This document shows, in pieces, positions 18,369-28,648 of a stretch of DNA of 64,000 bases. How positions within the stretch are numbered: position 1 is the first letter of the stretch; every line of letters begins with the position of its first letter. The stretch covers positions 28,631-92,630 of the forward strand of contig JAUIBR010000002.1 of the NCBI GenBank assembly GCA_030427705.1, read 5' to 3'. A program made the translations under genes and the position numbers. Under the pieces are notes generated by a model. That model ran no database searches. It was not told the origin of the DNA and worked only from the letters and a program-made list of their open reading frames with translations. Source of the stretch: a bacterium (GTDB taxonomy: Bacteria > Myxococcota_A > Bradymonadia > Bradymonadales > Bradymonadaceae).

Positions 18369-20510
18369 CTACAGTGCGCTGGCGAGTCGACCTTCGATGG
18401 CGCGGATAAGAGATTTCGCGCTGAACGGCTTGAGCAAGAGGTCGGTCGCAGTGGCTTGCGACAGGTCTGGACCGATGACGTTGTCTGGGTAGCCAGACAT
18501 GAACAGAATCGCGAGATCAGGGCGAGTCTGTCGAATCTTCGCGGCGAGTTCTGGGCCGGATAACCCTGGCATCACGACGTCGGTCAAAAGAAGGTCAACC
18601 GGCGTCTCGTCCAAGACCTTCAAGGCCTCTTCTGCGTTCGACGCAGTCGCAATCGCATAGCCTCGGGTCTCCAAAATCCGTCGGACGGAGGCCAACACGC
18701 CAGGTTCGTCCTCAACCACAAGGATGCGCGCGCCCTCATCCGGCAAAACTTGCACGTCACTGTGTTCCGCGGTCGGTAGGTACACATCGAAGCACGCACC
18801 ATCTTCGTCTGAGCGCGCGGTCACGTAGCCACCAGAATGCTCAACAATACTGCGAACGACCGCCAATCCGAGGCCCAGTGACGCCTCCAACGGAGCACCG
18901 GTTCGTGAGTAGAACGGGTCGAACACATCATCGATCGACTCGGATGGGATAGTTGCCCCGCTATCCAAGACACGAAGCCGCACCACCTGCTCCTCGCCCT
19001 TAAACTTCGGCAGATCTTCGCCAGAAACCAGAGACGTCTCGATGCGGAATCGCCCGTGACTTCCCATCGCCTCACGCGCGTGAACCGTCAGGTTGACCAT
19101 CACCTGGTCAAACAATGCTGGGTCCATCACAATCCGCGAAACTGGATTCAGATCGAGCTCAAACTGAACGCCAGACCCAAGCGACTTCTGCAATAGCTCC
19201 GAGATATTGCGGACCGCATCATTGACCTCAAGACTGGCCGGCTTGGACGAAACTCCGCGCCGCCCCAGAAGCAACAAGCGCCGCGTCAGGTGGGCAGCCC
19301 GTGCGGCCGCGTCCTGAATCTGTGCGACATCTTCGTGAAGCAGCGCGTCTTGCGTCTGACGCTTGATGAGGTCTGAATAGTTCAGAATGACGCTGAGCAG
19401 ATTGTTGAATTCCTGCGCGACGCCGACGGCGAGCCGTCCCATCGCGTCGAACTTCTGACTACGCCGAATGTCTTCTTCCAAGAGGATTCGTCGACGTTCT
19501 TCGTGTTTGCGCTGCTGGATGTCACGGCCGACTGCCATGATATACGGCTGGCCGGTGATGATGGTCTTCGACAAGTGAAGCTCAAACCAACGAACCGACC
19601 CATCCTTGTGTTTCAGCGGCCATTCCAAGCTGATTGGACGGTCGGCGGCCTCATGCACCAGGTTTAGGCTGATATCGACGCCATCACCCATCTCGACCGC
19701 GCTGGACATCCAATTGTTCTGGCCAATCCATTCTTCGCGATCAAATCCGAGCGCGCTATGGAGCCGCTCGTTGACGTCCACGACCTCACCTGTGGTCAGG
19801 CTGTGCAGAATGATAAGGTCGGTGGAACGGTTGAAAATCTCGCGATAGTTGCGCTCCGATTCGACCAACGCTTCTTCGGAGGCTTTGCGCAACGTGATGT
19901 CCTGAGCGACCACACAGATGGCGTCCACTTCCCCATCAATTCCGATAATGGGGAACAGATTCTCAAGAAACGTCAGCGTCTCGCCTGCATGCTCAACATT
20001 GCGTTCGCGCTGCATAGAATCAGGCCTGTCGACGATCTCAGCCTGCACCGAATCGATGTCAAAAAGTGACAGACTTGACGACTTACCAACGACATCTTCG
20101 CGGTCCAGACCCAGCATCGACTCGCAGAAACGATTCATGAATCGCACGTCGCCGTCGCGACCGATCATGAAGATCGGCAAAGGCGCGCCGTCGACCAGAC
20201 CTTGCAACACAATCTCGCGTCGTTTCAACTCTTGCTCAGCGCGATCGAGCGCTTGCACCTCTGACTCAAGATACCGTACGCGTTTGTCCTGACGAACCAG
20301 CAACGCCGCCGCTTGCTCGATAGCTTCCGCCCCGATTTCAAAGTTACCTTCGACTGCGAGGTTGCCCGCTTCCGGCGCGTCGAGCTGCATCGACTCGGGA
20401 TGGCAGGCGAGACAATCATCACCGTCAAAGAGCGCTGCGGCCTGAATACCTGCATGTGATTCCACAAGCATTCGGCAAAACGCCCCAAGGGTGTCGCGAT
20501 GATTTCTCAT
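18369..20510 (-). CDS. hybrid sensor histidine kinase/response regulator with PAS domains
   Basis: Two PAS-like regions, an H-box (LAVGVAQEFNNLLSVI), an HATPase region, and a C-terminal receiver (ILVVEDEPGV...LLLTDVVMPGLSG...K). Confidence 0.9.
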   Translation of the reverse strand: MRNHRDTLGAFCRMLVESHAGIQAAALFDGDDCLACHPESMQLDAPEAGNLAVEGNFEIGAEAIEQAAALLVRQDKRVRYLESEVQALDRAEQELKRREIVLQGLVDGAPLPIFMIGRDGDVRFMNRFCESMLGLDREDVVGKSSSLSLFDIDSVQAEIVDRPDSMQRERNVEHAGETLTFLENLFPIIGIDGEVDAICVVAQDITLRKASEEALVESERNYREIFNRSTDLIILHSLTTGEVVDVNERLHSALGFDREEWIGQNNWMSSAVEMGDGVDISLNLVHEAADRPISLEWPLKHKDGSVRWFELHLSKTIITGQPYIMAVGRDIQQRKHEERRRILLEEDIRRSQKFDAMGRLAVGVAQEFNNLLSVILNYSDLIKRQTQDALLHEDVAQIQDAAARAAHLTRRLLLLGRRGVSSKPASLEVNDAVRNISELLQKSLGSGVQFELDLNPVSRIVMDPALFDQVMVNLTVHAREAMGSHGRFRIETSLVSGEDLPKFKGEEQVVRLRVLDSGATIPSESIDDVFDPFYSRTGAPLEASLGLGLAVVRSIVEHSGGYVTARSDEDGACFDVYLPTAEHSDVQVLPDEGARILVVEDEPGVLASVRRILETRGYAIATASNAEEALKVLDETPVDLLLTDVVMPGLSGPELAAKIRQTRPDLAILFMSGYPDNVIGPDLSQATATDLLLKPFSAKSLIRAIEGRLASAL

Positions 20511-20599
20511 CTAGTTTTCCCACAGCATCACAGAATTCCGAGAACGCGATGTTAGTCACGTGCAGCTTAGATGGCAATCAAGTCACACTTGTTTCTAAG

Positions 20600-21604
20600 A
20601 TGCCGACCGACAATACTAATTTCATGTTGGATCAATCACAAAACGCCGCATTTGCGGAACGGTTTCGAAAGCAGTTGGGCGCCACCGTTGTGGACAACTT
20701 TTTCCGCGGGCTTGCGGGCGCTTCGGTGCGCATGCCGCCTGCACAAAAGGCCCTTCAAAAACACCAGATTATTCGGGATGTTCCGTACCGCGCTGACCGC
20801 GGAGAACGTGATCACCTTCTGGATGTCTACCTGCCCGACGACCGACACGAAGGGCCGCACCCAGTGTTGCTCTATGTACACGGGGGCGGGTTTCGCATCC
20901 TGTCGAAGGAGACCCATTGGTTAATGGGAGTCGCCTTCGCGCGCGCTGGATATGTGGTCTTCAACATTAACTACCGACTTGCGCCGCAGCATCCATTTCC
21001 AGCGGCTATCGAAGACGCGTGTGACGCCTATGAGTGGGTTGTAGAGAACGCGCACACCTACGGCGGCGACCCAAACACGCTAGTGGTTGCAGGAGAATCT
21101 GCAGGCGGGAATCTCGCTTTGGGTCTGACCTTGGCAGCCACAATGAAGCGCGAAGAAGGTTACGCAAAGACGGTCTTCGACACCGGCATCGTTCCAGATG
21201 CGTCTTTGGTTGCGTGCGGGATGCTGCAGGTGACCGATTGGGAGAGACTGATTCGTCCTCATACCCCTGTGTGGTTGCAGGACCGACTCGCCGAGGTCCC
21301 CGCCGCTTACCTGAACGGTGTTGATGGGCCAGTGCACTTTGCCGATCCGCTAATCATGCTTGAGCAAGCCGAAGGCTTTGACCGTCCGCTACCACCCATT
21401 TTTGCGCCGGTAGGAACAAAAGACCCGCTCCTGGAAGACACCAGACGCCTGGCAGAAGCCGTCCGAGCCAAAGGTGGAATCGTTGACGAACGATATTATG
21501 TCGGCGAGATTCACGCGTTCCATGCGATGCTCTGGCGCCGAAACGCTTTTCGGTGTTGGAAGGACAAATACAGGTTCCTCGAGACCCATGTGAAACGGCC
21601 ATGA
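20600..21604 (+). CDS. alpha/beta hydrolase, esterase/lipase (HSL-like)
   Basis: HGGGF oxyanion motif and GESAGGNLA nucleophile elbow. Start placed at the ATG (MPTDNTNF) to leave a divergent promoter gap from the histidine kinase gene; the longer track ORF start (20456) overlaps the histidine kinase start. Confidence 0.8.
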   Translation: MPTDNTNFMLDQSQNAAFAERFRKQLGATVVDNFFRGLAGASVRMPPAQKALQKHQIIRDVPYRADRGERDHLLDVYLPDDRHEGPHPVLLYVHGGGFRILSKETHWLMGVAFARAGYVVFNINYRLAPQHPFPAAIEDACDAYEWVVENAHTYGGDPNTLVVAGESAGGNLALGLTLAATMKREEGYAKTVFDTGIVPDASLVACGMLQVTDWERLIRPHTPVWLQDRLAEVPAAYLNGVDGPVHFADPLIMLEQAEGFDRPLPPIFAPVGTKDPLLEDTRRLAEAVRAKGGIVDERYYVGEIHAFHAMLWRRNAFRCWKDKYRFLETHVKRP

Positions 21605-22338
21605 AGTTCTTCTATATCCCGTATTCGCCTTGGTCGATTCAGGCCAAGTGGGTGCTGGACCACCACCAAATCGCATACAAACCAATTGAGTTTGTGCCGA
21701 TGATTTCCAACGCTCAACTGCGCCTGGCGTCGGGTCAGTGGTTTGGAAAGATCACTGCACCAACGCTCATCGACGGCTCACAAGTTTGGGCGGACAGCTA
21801 CGATATCGCACGCCATGCGGATGCAATCGGGAGTCATGACACGCTGTTCCCCGAAGGCCAGACCAACGCAATTCACGACTGGAACGAGCGAACTCACGAG
21901 ATTAAAGACCTGAGCCGTCGATGGGTTACCGCGGCCACGATGCAATCCCCGGATGCGCTTGCCGCAAGCCTGCCCCCGCTGGTCCCCAGACCAGCCCGAA
22001 AGCCCTTGCGACATGTCGCCACAGTCGGCTGCCACTATATCGCCCGAAAGTACGAGTTCGATGCCGCCGAGGCCGAGCGCACGATGGACCAGCTGCGGTC
22101 GGCGCTGACGTACCTTCGCGATAACTTGGACAAAGACTACCTGTTAGGCCAGTTCAGCTATGCCGATGTAGTCGCCGCCAGCTCGTTCAATCTCTTCGCG
22201 CCGGTTGACAACAAGCACATCCGGTTGCTCGACCCGATTCGTAACGCTTGGACTCGGGAAGACCTCATCGAAGAATTCTCGGACCTCATCGAGTGGCGAG
22301 ATTCCATCTTCGAAAAACACTATAAAGTGCGCGCTTAG
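21601..22338 (+). CDS. glutathione S-transferase-like protein
   Basis: MKFFYIPYSPWSIQAKWVLDHHQIAYKPIE is a GST N-terminal thioredoxin-like fold, followed by a helical C-terminal domain. The ATGA overlap with the esterase stop indicates an operon. Confidence 0.6.
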   Translation: MKFFYIPYSPWSIQAKWVLDHHQIAYKPIEFVPMISNAQLRLASGQWFGKITAPTLIDGSQVWADSYDIARHADAIGSHDTLFPEGQTNAIHDWNERTHEIKDLSRRWVTAATMQSPDALAASLPPLVPRPARKPLRHVATVGCHYIARKYEFDAAEAERTMDQLRSALTYLRDNLDKDYLLGQFSYADVVAASSFNLFAPVDNKHIRLLDPIRNAWTREDLIEEFSDLIEWRDSIFEKHYKVRA

Positions 22339-22523
22339 GCGGGCAGTTATCTTTGCGCTGACGCGCAGTTGTCTTGCGCTTCGCGCAGTTGTCTTGCGCT
22401 TCGCGCAGTTATCTTGCGCTGGCGCGCAGGGGCAACTCGCCGAAGGCGAAGAAAACTCGCCGAAGGGCGAAGACAACTCGCCGAAGGCGAAGACAACTCG
22501 CCGAAGGCGAAGACAACTCGCGA
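22339..22523. repeat. hairpin-array element: 4 tandem ~21-nt units (GCGCAGTTGTCTTGCGCTTC), a short centre, then 4.5 tandem units of the approximate reverse complement (AACTCGCCGAAGGCGAAGAC)
   Basis: Read directly from the sequence. Each unit is itself a mini-hairpin (GCGCA-gttgtct-TGCGC; CGCC-gaa-GGCG). The two arms can pair into a long imperfect stem of about 90 bp. Confidence 0.85.
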
Positions 22524-22605
22524 GCATAGTGAGCGAAAAGAGAAGGTTTGAGTCATTTTCGACCTCTGGTATCCTCGGAATGATTCCCCATGCAAATGAG
22601 GCAGT

Positions 22606-24006
22606 ATGTCACGCAGATTGGCAGTGATTTTAGGCTTTGGATTGTTCGTTGCCGCGCTAGCGCTTTTGATTCCCGCGTGTAAGGGCGACCTGTCCGGTAC
22701 AAACAATCAATGTGTCCCCAACTGTGGCAGCGGCGCGAAAGAGTGCGGCACCGATGGATGTGGCGGTTTCTGTGGAGAATGCCCTCCTGGTGAATCCTGC
22801 ACGACCGAAGGCCGATGCGTATCCTCGTTCTGTGGTAACGGCCGCGTAGATACCGGTGAAAGCTGTGACTCCGCCATTACAGAAGGCGCTGGCGTCTGCC
22901 CGACGGAGTGCCCCGATGACGGGAATCAATGCACGCAAGAGACGCTCTTCGGTTTTTCGGAAGACTGCGACTCGGAATGTCGCGCCACCGTTATCAACGA
23001 TTGCTCGCCTGGCGACGGTTGCTGCCCTGCCGGCTGCAACGCTGCCAACGACCTCGACTGCTCGGCGAACTGCGACAACGGCGTCGTCGACACCGAGGAC
23101 GGCGAGACCTGCGACCCACCAAGCTCGTGCCCAACCGAAGCCGACTGCGATGACATGGATCCATGCACGAACGATTCGCTGACGGGCTCCGCCGCGAACT
23201 GCTCGGCTGCATGCGCAAACATCCCCATCACCGAAGCCGCAAACGGCGACGGTTGCTGCCCGCCTGGCGAAGATGGAAGCACGGACGACGACTGCATGTT
23301 TGTCTGCGGCAACGGCACGGTCGAGATGCCTCAAGAGACATGCGACAACATGATTGAAGCTGGCATGCCAGGCGCCTGTCCTGAGGACGCGGCGGCCTGC
23401 GACGACAATAACGGATGCACCACCGACGAGTTCACGGGAAGCCCAGACAACTGCTCGGCGCTGTGCACCAACACCGTCGCGATTACAGATCCAATCAACG
23501 ACGATGGGTGCTGCCCAACGGGCGCGACGGAAGCGAACGATAACGACTGTGTCGCGGTCTGTGATAACGGAACGATTGAAGCCGGCGAAGTCTGCGACCC
23601 AATCGCAACCTGCCCGACAGCGTGTGACGACCAAGACGCGTGCACGACAGACACCCTGATGGGTGACGCACAAATGTGCACGGCGGAGTGCCAATTCGAC
23701 CCAATCACGGCCTGTGGTGCTGCTGAGGGCTGCTGCCCTGCAACCTGCACACCCACGATGGACTCTGATTGCACGGCGCTCTGCACACAGATGTGTGACC
23801 TCGCCGACGCAAACTGCCCTGGTGTTGACTACCCGTACACTGACCGCGCGGAGTGCGACACGCAGTGCGCAGCCTACGTTTCAGGTAACAGCACCGACCA
23901 AACCGGTGACACGATCTACTGCCGCATCAACGCACTGGTACAGGCTGCCAACGACGCGGCGATGTACTGCCCATGGGCGGCTCAGACCAGCCCACAATGT
24001 CAATAG
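22606..24006 (+). CDS. secreted lipoprotein composed of Myxococcus-type cysteine-rich repeats
   Basis: Lipobox (LLIPACKG). At least 6 repeats of about 60 aa: CGNGxVDxGExCD...CPxxCxDxxxCTxDxLxGSxxNCSAxCxNxxIT...DGCCPxGxxxxxDxDC. Confidence 0.8.
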   Translation: MSRRLAVILGFGLFVAALALLIPACKGDLSGTNNQCVPNCGSGAKECGTDGCGGFCGECPPGESCTTEGRCVSSFCGNGRVDTGESCDSAITEGAGVCPTECPDDGNQCTQETLFGFSEDCDSECRATVINDCSPGDGCCPAGCNAANDLDCSANCDNGVVDTEDGETCDPPSSCPTEADCDDMDPCTNDSLTGSAANCSAACANIPITEAANGDGCCPPGEDGSTDDDCMFVCGNGTVEMPQETCDNMIEAGMPGACPEDAAACDDNNGCTTDEFTGSPDNCSALCTNTVAITDPINDDGCCPTGATEANDNDCVAVCDNGTIEAGEVCDPIATCPTACDDQDACTTDTLMGDAQMCTAECQFDPITACGAAEGCCPATCTPTMDSDCTALCTQMCDLADANCPGVDYPYTDRAECDTQCAAYVSGNSTDQTGDTIYCRINALVQAANDAAMYCPWAAQTSPQCQ

Positions 24007-24252
24007 AACTCGCTTCGCTCGGGGCTCGCTTCGCTCGGGGCTCGCTTCGCTCGGGGCTCGCTTCGCTCGGGGCTCACTCGCTTCGCTCCCTCGGGTACGT
24101 TGTTCAGTAAAACACAAAATCCTGGCCCAACTCTGAACGAACCCGAGCGCAAAGCGCGAGTCCCGAGGCGAGCGAAGCAAAGCCGAGCCCCGAGCGCGAA
24201 GCGCGAGCCCCGAGCGCGAAGCGCGAGCCCTAGAAGCCCGAGCCGGGCTGCT
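24007..24252. repeat. hairpin-array element: 4.5 tandem units (CTCGCTTCGCTCGGGGCT), a 50-nt loop with its own GTTCAG/CTGAAC inverted repeat, then 4 reverse-complement-like units (AGCCCCGAGCGCGAAGCGCG)
   Basis: Read directly from the sequence. It sits between the convergent genes 22606..24006(+) and 24230..24841(-). Confidence 0.85.
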
Positions 24253-24841
24253 TCAGAAACTCAATCTCTTCGGGCGTAGATTCACGCCCGATAATCTCAT
24301 TTCGATGGGGAAAGCGGCCGAAGCGCGCGATGATATCGCGGTGCTTCACAGCCCACTCGATCCACGAGCGATAGAACTCGCGAGCTTCCTCGGACTCTCG
24401 TGAATCCGCGAGGGCTTCGAAGCGTTCAATGCACTCTTCCTGCAGCGCAAGGTCTTCCGCGTGCTCTAGAGGCAGCAGAAGGAAAACGCGCTTGGCAGGG
24501 TGAACCGCGTCGTAGTGACCGTTGTTGTAGGCCTCACGGACAACCTCACGGCACTTGGCGTCGAACGCCCACGACAGCGGAGAGCCGCGATGCGCATTAC
24601 GGCTGAATTGGTCGATGAGCACGACGAACGCGACGCGCGACTCTGGGTCGTCCAACCAATGGTCGTATGCACCGGCAGCGGCGCGTGCGATATGGTCACC
24701 GAAATGTTCGATGATGTGCTGGTCGGTCGCATCGGACTTCTGAAACCAGAGTTGACGAGCCTTGTCCGGAATCATCTCTGAGTCCGGATCAAGCGCACCA
24801 AACCAATAGTCGAGGACTTCTTGGGGATTTAGTTGGGTCAT
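24230..24841 (-). CDS. DUF924 family protein
   Basis: The MTQLNPQEVLDYWFG...LIDQFSRN...WIEWAVKHRDIIARFGRFPHRN pattern is characteristic of DUF924. It overlaps the upstream lipoprotein stop by 1 nt. Confidence 0.8.
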   Translation of the reverse strand: MTQLNPQEVLDYWFGALDPDSEMIPDKARQLWFQKSDATDQHIIEHFGDHIARAAAGAYDHWLDDPESRVAFVVLIDQFSRNAHRGSPLSWAFDAKCREVVREAYNNGHYDAVHPAKRVFLLLPLEHAEDLALQEECIERFEALADSRESEEAREFYRSWIEWAVKHRDIIARFGRFPHRNEIIGRESTPEEIEFLKQPGSGF

Positions 24842-27336
24842 TACTGTGCAGACAGAAGGCTTTCGAGATTGAACTGGCCTGCGTCAATCATCGGCGAAGT
24901 GCCGCGTGAGTAGACCTGAACGTCTTCTGGCGCGTCGTCGTCCTCGAACGTGTACGAGCTCAAGAGCTCAATCTCCGAAGGCTCAACGAGGTAGAGCATC
25001 GAGTAGCCAACCACAAACGCGCCCGGCTCGTCCAAGTCACGGAAGATGCCATCTTCAGCCAGGTCAACCAGGTCAGGCATCAAGGTCTCGATGACCTGTC
25101 CCTTGTGTTCAGCGACCGTTGCCAGGTCGAGGTCGTTTGGCTTCTCTTCAGGAATCGTCACAAGCGCGCCGTACTCGCCGACGGTCTCGTTGTTGAGTTG
25201 AAGCGTTGCAATCTCATCGAGCTCAGACCAACGGAATGTGGCTTCGTCGTACATCGCCGCCATCTCGTCGATGCGGTGCTGGCGGTCGTCGATGTAGTCG
25301 ACGATATGCTCACGCTTGTTCTCCATGTCGCGGTCGCGCTTGGCAGCCATCAGGCTCAAAACCTCAGCGACTGCGGTCCCGAAGTCCTCGCCACGGCCAG
25401 GAATCATGGCGCCATGCAATGCATCGTCCGAGAAACGAATCTGCGTCACCATGCGACCCTCTGGGCCGTCGAGCGCGACGTCTGGTCGGTCGTTGAGTGA
25501 CGAGAGAATGGTCTTGAAGACAATCAAGTCACCAACAACTTCTGCGCCGGACGCGAACTCTGAATCGAAACCGCTTCGTACGCCGCGCGAAATGATGTCG
25601 TCGGCTGCAGCTTCAATCGCGTCCTGGCGAGTCTGCACCTCAGGAAGTGTTGCGAGTGAATCCAGGCAATCATTGAAATCTTGGCGTTCCTGGAACGACG
25701 CGTTGGAATCCAATCGACCGCAGTGTGAGTCGACGAAATCAGCGAGCTCGTCAGTTAGAGCGCCAAGTTCTTCAAACGTTGCGTCGTAGCCAAGGAAGTA
25801 GCCAACCAAGCCGTCGACATGGTCGAGCATCTGGTCACGCGACAGGAACTTGTCCTTCTCGCGCATCGTGATGCGAGCGTTGACCTGCGCGTCGGTGAGG
25901 CGACCTTCCGAAGACTTGAGCGAAACAAGCTTGCGCCAGCTGACGTCGCGGTCGGTGAAGAAAAGACCGGACTTGTCTTGGATTTCGGTGAAAAGCAGGG
26001 TTTGCGACTCACCGTCGGCTTCGATTTGGATAGTGCCCGTGTCGAAGTTGTTCGCGCGATAGAACTCCATGCCCAGGAAGCGGAAGCCAATGTAGTTGGC
26101 TTCGCTGCGTGATTCCTTCAGCAGGTCGAGTTCTTGAATCACACCTGAATCGCCACGGTTCGCCAAGGCTTGAGCAAGGCGGATATCACCGCGCATCGCT
26201 TGAGCCATCGCCTGTTCAAATGAAGGGTCTGAAGCGAAAGACATATCGAACTTAAATCGTGCCACCGTCATACGCAGGTTGGTCGTCGAGGTGCTGGCCG
26301 ATGCGCTTGGTGCGATGCGCTTGTTGAGCTGTTTCTGCAGTGCCTTTTCAGCAAGATTGTCGACGCTAAGGTCGACCGGTCCAAGGTCGAGCTGAACCTC
26401 AGGGAGGCCTGCGACGCCAAATCCGGTGGTCGCTGCGACCGAGAAGTGCCGAAGGTCTTGTTTCGACATCCCAACGTCAACCCATGCGTCGTTTCCTTCA
26501 CCGCGAACGAGCTGAACGTCGAGCTCACCCGTGAGCGCCACGCGAGCGCCGAATGACAGGCGAGCACGAAGTGCGATGAGGTTCGAGATGGTGGCAATCA
26601 TGAATGGTACGCCAACGCCCAGGTTCATGCCCAACGCGCCTTCCGCACGCATCGACAGGCTTTCGCCAGGTCGCATCGTCGTGACATCGTCGAGCTCTCG
26701 AGGAACCACGAATCCGCGTGCTGCTTTGATGGCGTCCAGCGGGTTTTCACGAAGTGCGTCGTTGAAATCGTCATGTGGTGCGATGACGACGGTTTCGACG
26801 GAGGCATTGGCGTTAAAGCCCACGCTTCCGACCACATCGCCAGCGTTCATGCCCCAGTTGTGTCCGAGGTCCGGGCCAATCTCGAAGCGCGATTCCGCCC
26901 AAAGACCGCCAGTCTGTGCTGCATGGTTGCGACGCATGTCGACTACGCGAGTCGCAAAGGCACGCTCACCAAGTCGGTCAGTTAGGCCTGCGCGAAGGCG
27001 ATTCAGGTCGTGGACCGTCGTCTCGCCAAACACCTCTTCCTGGTCGCCGTAGAGTGCGACAGGCTCGAGTTGAAGGGTCGTGAACGGAATGTCCGACAGC
27101 TGGTTGTTGAGCTCGTCGGATGCAAAGCCAACACCTAGGACCGTGAGGTCGTCCAGGTTGATGTCTTTCATATCGTTGAAAGCATCTTTGAACTTATCCG
27201 AAACACCGTCGCATTTTGCACCGGTGCAATTCTTCACATCTGAGTTGTTTGCAGGAGTGTCACCGCCGTCGTCAGCCGCACAGCCGGTGAGGAGCGCTGC
27301 GCCCACGAGCGCCATCAATACATTTCTATTCAACAT
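24841..27336 (-). CDS. large secreted lipoprotein, hypothetical
   Basis: MLNRNVLMALVGAALLTGCAADDGG (lipobox). 831 aa, with no recognisable catalytic motifs. Confidence 0.7.
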   Translation of the reverse strand: MLNRNVLMALVGAALLTGCAADDGGDTPANNSDVKNCTGAKCDGVSDKFKDAFNDMKDINLDDLTVLGVGFASDELNNQLSDIPFTTLQLEPVALYGDQEEVFGETTVHDLNRLRAGLTDRLGERAFATRVVDMRRNHAAQTGGLWAESRFEIGPDLGHNWGMNAGDVVGSVGFNANASVETVVIAPHDDFNDALRENPLDAIKAARGFVVPRELDDVTTMRPGESLSMRAEGALGMNLGVGVPFMIATISNLIALRARLSFGARVALTGELDVQLVRGEGNDAWVDVGMSKQDLRHFSVAATTGFGVAGLPEVQLDLGPVDLSVDNLAEKALQKQLNKRIAPSASASTSTTNLRMTVARFKFDMSFASDPSFEQAMAQAMRGDIRLAQALANRGDSGVIQELDLLKESRSEANYIGFRFLGMEFYRANNFDTGTIQIEADGESQTLLFTEIQDKSGLFFTDRDVSWRKLVSLKSSEGRLTDAQVNARITMREKDKFLSRDQMLDHVDGLVGYFLGYDATFEELGALTDELADFVDSHCGRLDSNASFQERQDFNDCLDSLATLPEVQTRQDAIEAAADDIISRGVRSGFDSEFASGAEVVGDLIVFKTILSSLNDRPDVALDGPEGRMVTQIRFSDDALHGAMIPGRGEDFGTAVAEVLSLMAAKRDRDMENKREHIVDYIDDRQHRIDEMAAMYDEATFRWSELDEIATLQLNNETVGEYGALVTIPEEKPNDLDLATVAEHKGQVIETLMPDLVDLAEDGIFRDLDEPGAFVVGYSMLYLVEPSEIELLSSYTFEDDDAPEDVQVYSRGTSPMIDAGQFNLESLLSAQ

Positions 27337-27410
27337 TAGCCGCCTTCAATATTTCTTGGACAGACGCCCAACTTAGCTGAAACAGGGCGAGAATGCTAGA
27401 TCTTGCGGGC

Positions 27411-27522
27411 AGCTCGCTGCGCTCGCGTTACAGCTCGCTGGGCGCTCGCGTTTCAGCTCGCTGCGCTTCGCGTTTCAGCTCGCTTACGCTCGCGTTTCAG
27501 CTCGCTTGCGCTCGCGTTTCGG
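27411..27522. repeat. tandem array of 5 x ~21-nt units (GCTCGCGTTTCAGCTCGCTGC)
   Basis: Read directly from the sequence. It lies downstream of the lipoprotein gene start, in the divergent intergenic region. Confidence 0.85.
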
Positions 27523-27541
27523 CCCCGCGGAGGGAACAGAT

Positions 27542-27561
27542 GTCTGGGAGGTCCCACGGAG
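27542..27561. repeat. 20-nt direct repeat copy A (GTCTGGGAGGTCCCACGGAG)
   Basis: An identical copy occurs at 28311..28330. The two copies bracket the single gene 27569..28207. Confidence 0.8.
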
Positions 27562-27568
27562 GTGGGTT

Positions 27569-28207
27569 ATGGTCTTGGTTCCGACTTTTGCGTTGGTAGG
27601 GCCTGTGTCGAGTAGACTGAATTTTGTGGGCACAAAAGACTTGTGCCAATCGGCGTTTGTACGGCAGGTCGGAGATATGCTCGTGTCCGCAAACGCCTAT
27701 AACGTGCCGTTCTGCTCATGGTGGGCCGAGGGTTCCGATTGGTTTCTGGACGCGTTCGAAAAGAATTTTACGAACGACATTTACGAGGCCCTCTACAAAA
27801 CCTGGTGGGAGTTTGCCTTCTGGACCGACACCCTCGACAATCGCGAATTCGATGATTGGTACGTCTACGATGCTACGTTTTCCGTCTACGACGCCGCCCA
27901 CAGGGTGTTCATCTGGCACGGACCAACGCGCCTTTATGCTCTGCGGGATGGAGATGTCGTCGTTGCCTCAACACCACATACGTATCAGGCAACCCAACCC
28001 GAGTTCCCACCCGTGCTCGACCTAACTCATGGAGTCGGGAAGTTGCAGGTCCCGGTCATCGCCCATGAGGTTGTCGTGTTGAGTTGGCATCTTCGAAGAG
28101 CGCTAGGATTCACAGACCACACAAACATCATCGATCTAGATCTGCTTCAGGAAATTTCACCGGACGGCGAGCACCCGATTCAGTGGTGGTTTCGGCAACA
28201 GGTGTAG
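27569..28207 (+). CDS. hypothetical protein (Trp/aromatic-rich)
   Basis: ORF 27506..28207. Start placed at the ATG after the repeat (MVLVPTFALVGPVSS). No homolog recognised. Confidence 0.4.
   Translation: MVLVPTFALVGPVSSRLNFVGTKDLCQSAFVRQVGDMLVSANAYNVPFCSWWAEGSDWFLDAFEKNFTNDIYEALYKTWWEFAFWTDTLDNREFDDWYVYDATFSVYDAAHRVFIWHGPTRLYALRDGDVVVASTPHTYQATQPEFPPVLDLTHGVGKLQVPVIAHEVVVLSWHLRRALGFTDHTNIIDLDLLQEISPDGEHPIQWWFRQQV

Positions 28208-28648
<441 letters not shown>

Noticed and set aside
22657-23786. Minus-strand ORFs (22657..23694 and others) over the cysteine-rich repeat gene.
   Set aside because: They are antisense to a strongly patterned repeat protein and have Arg/Ala-rich low-complexity translations.
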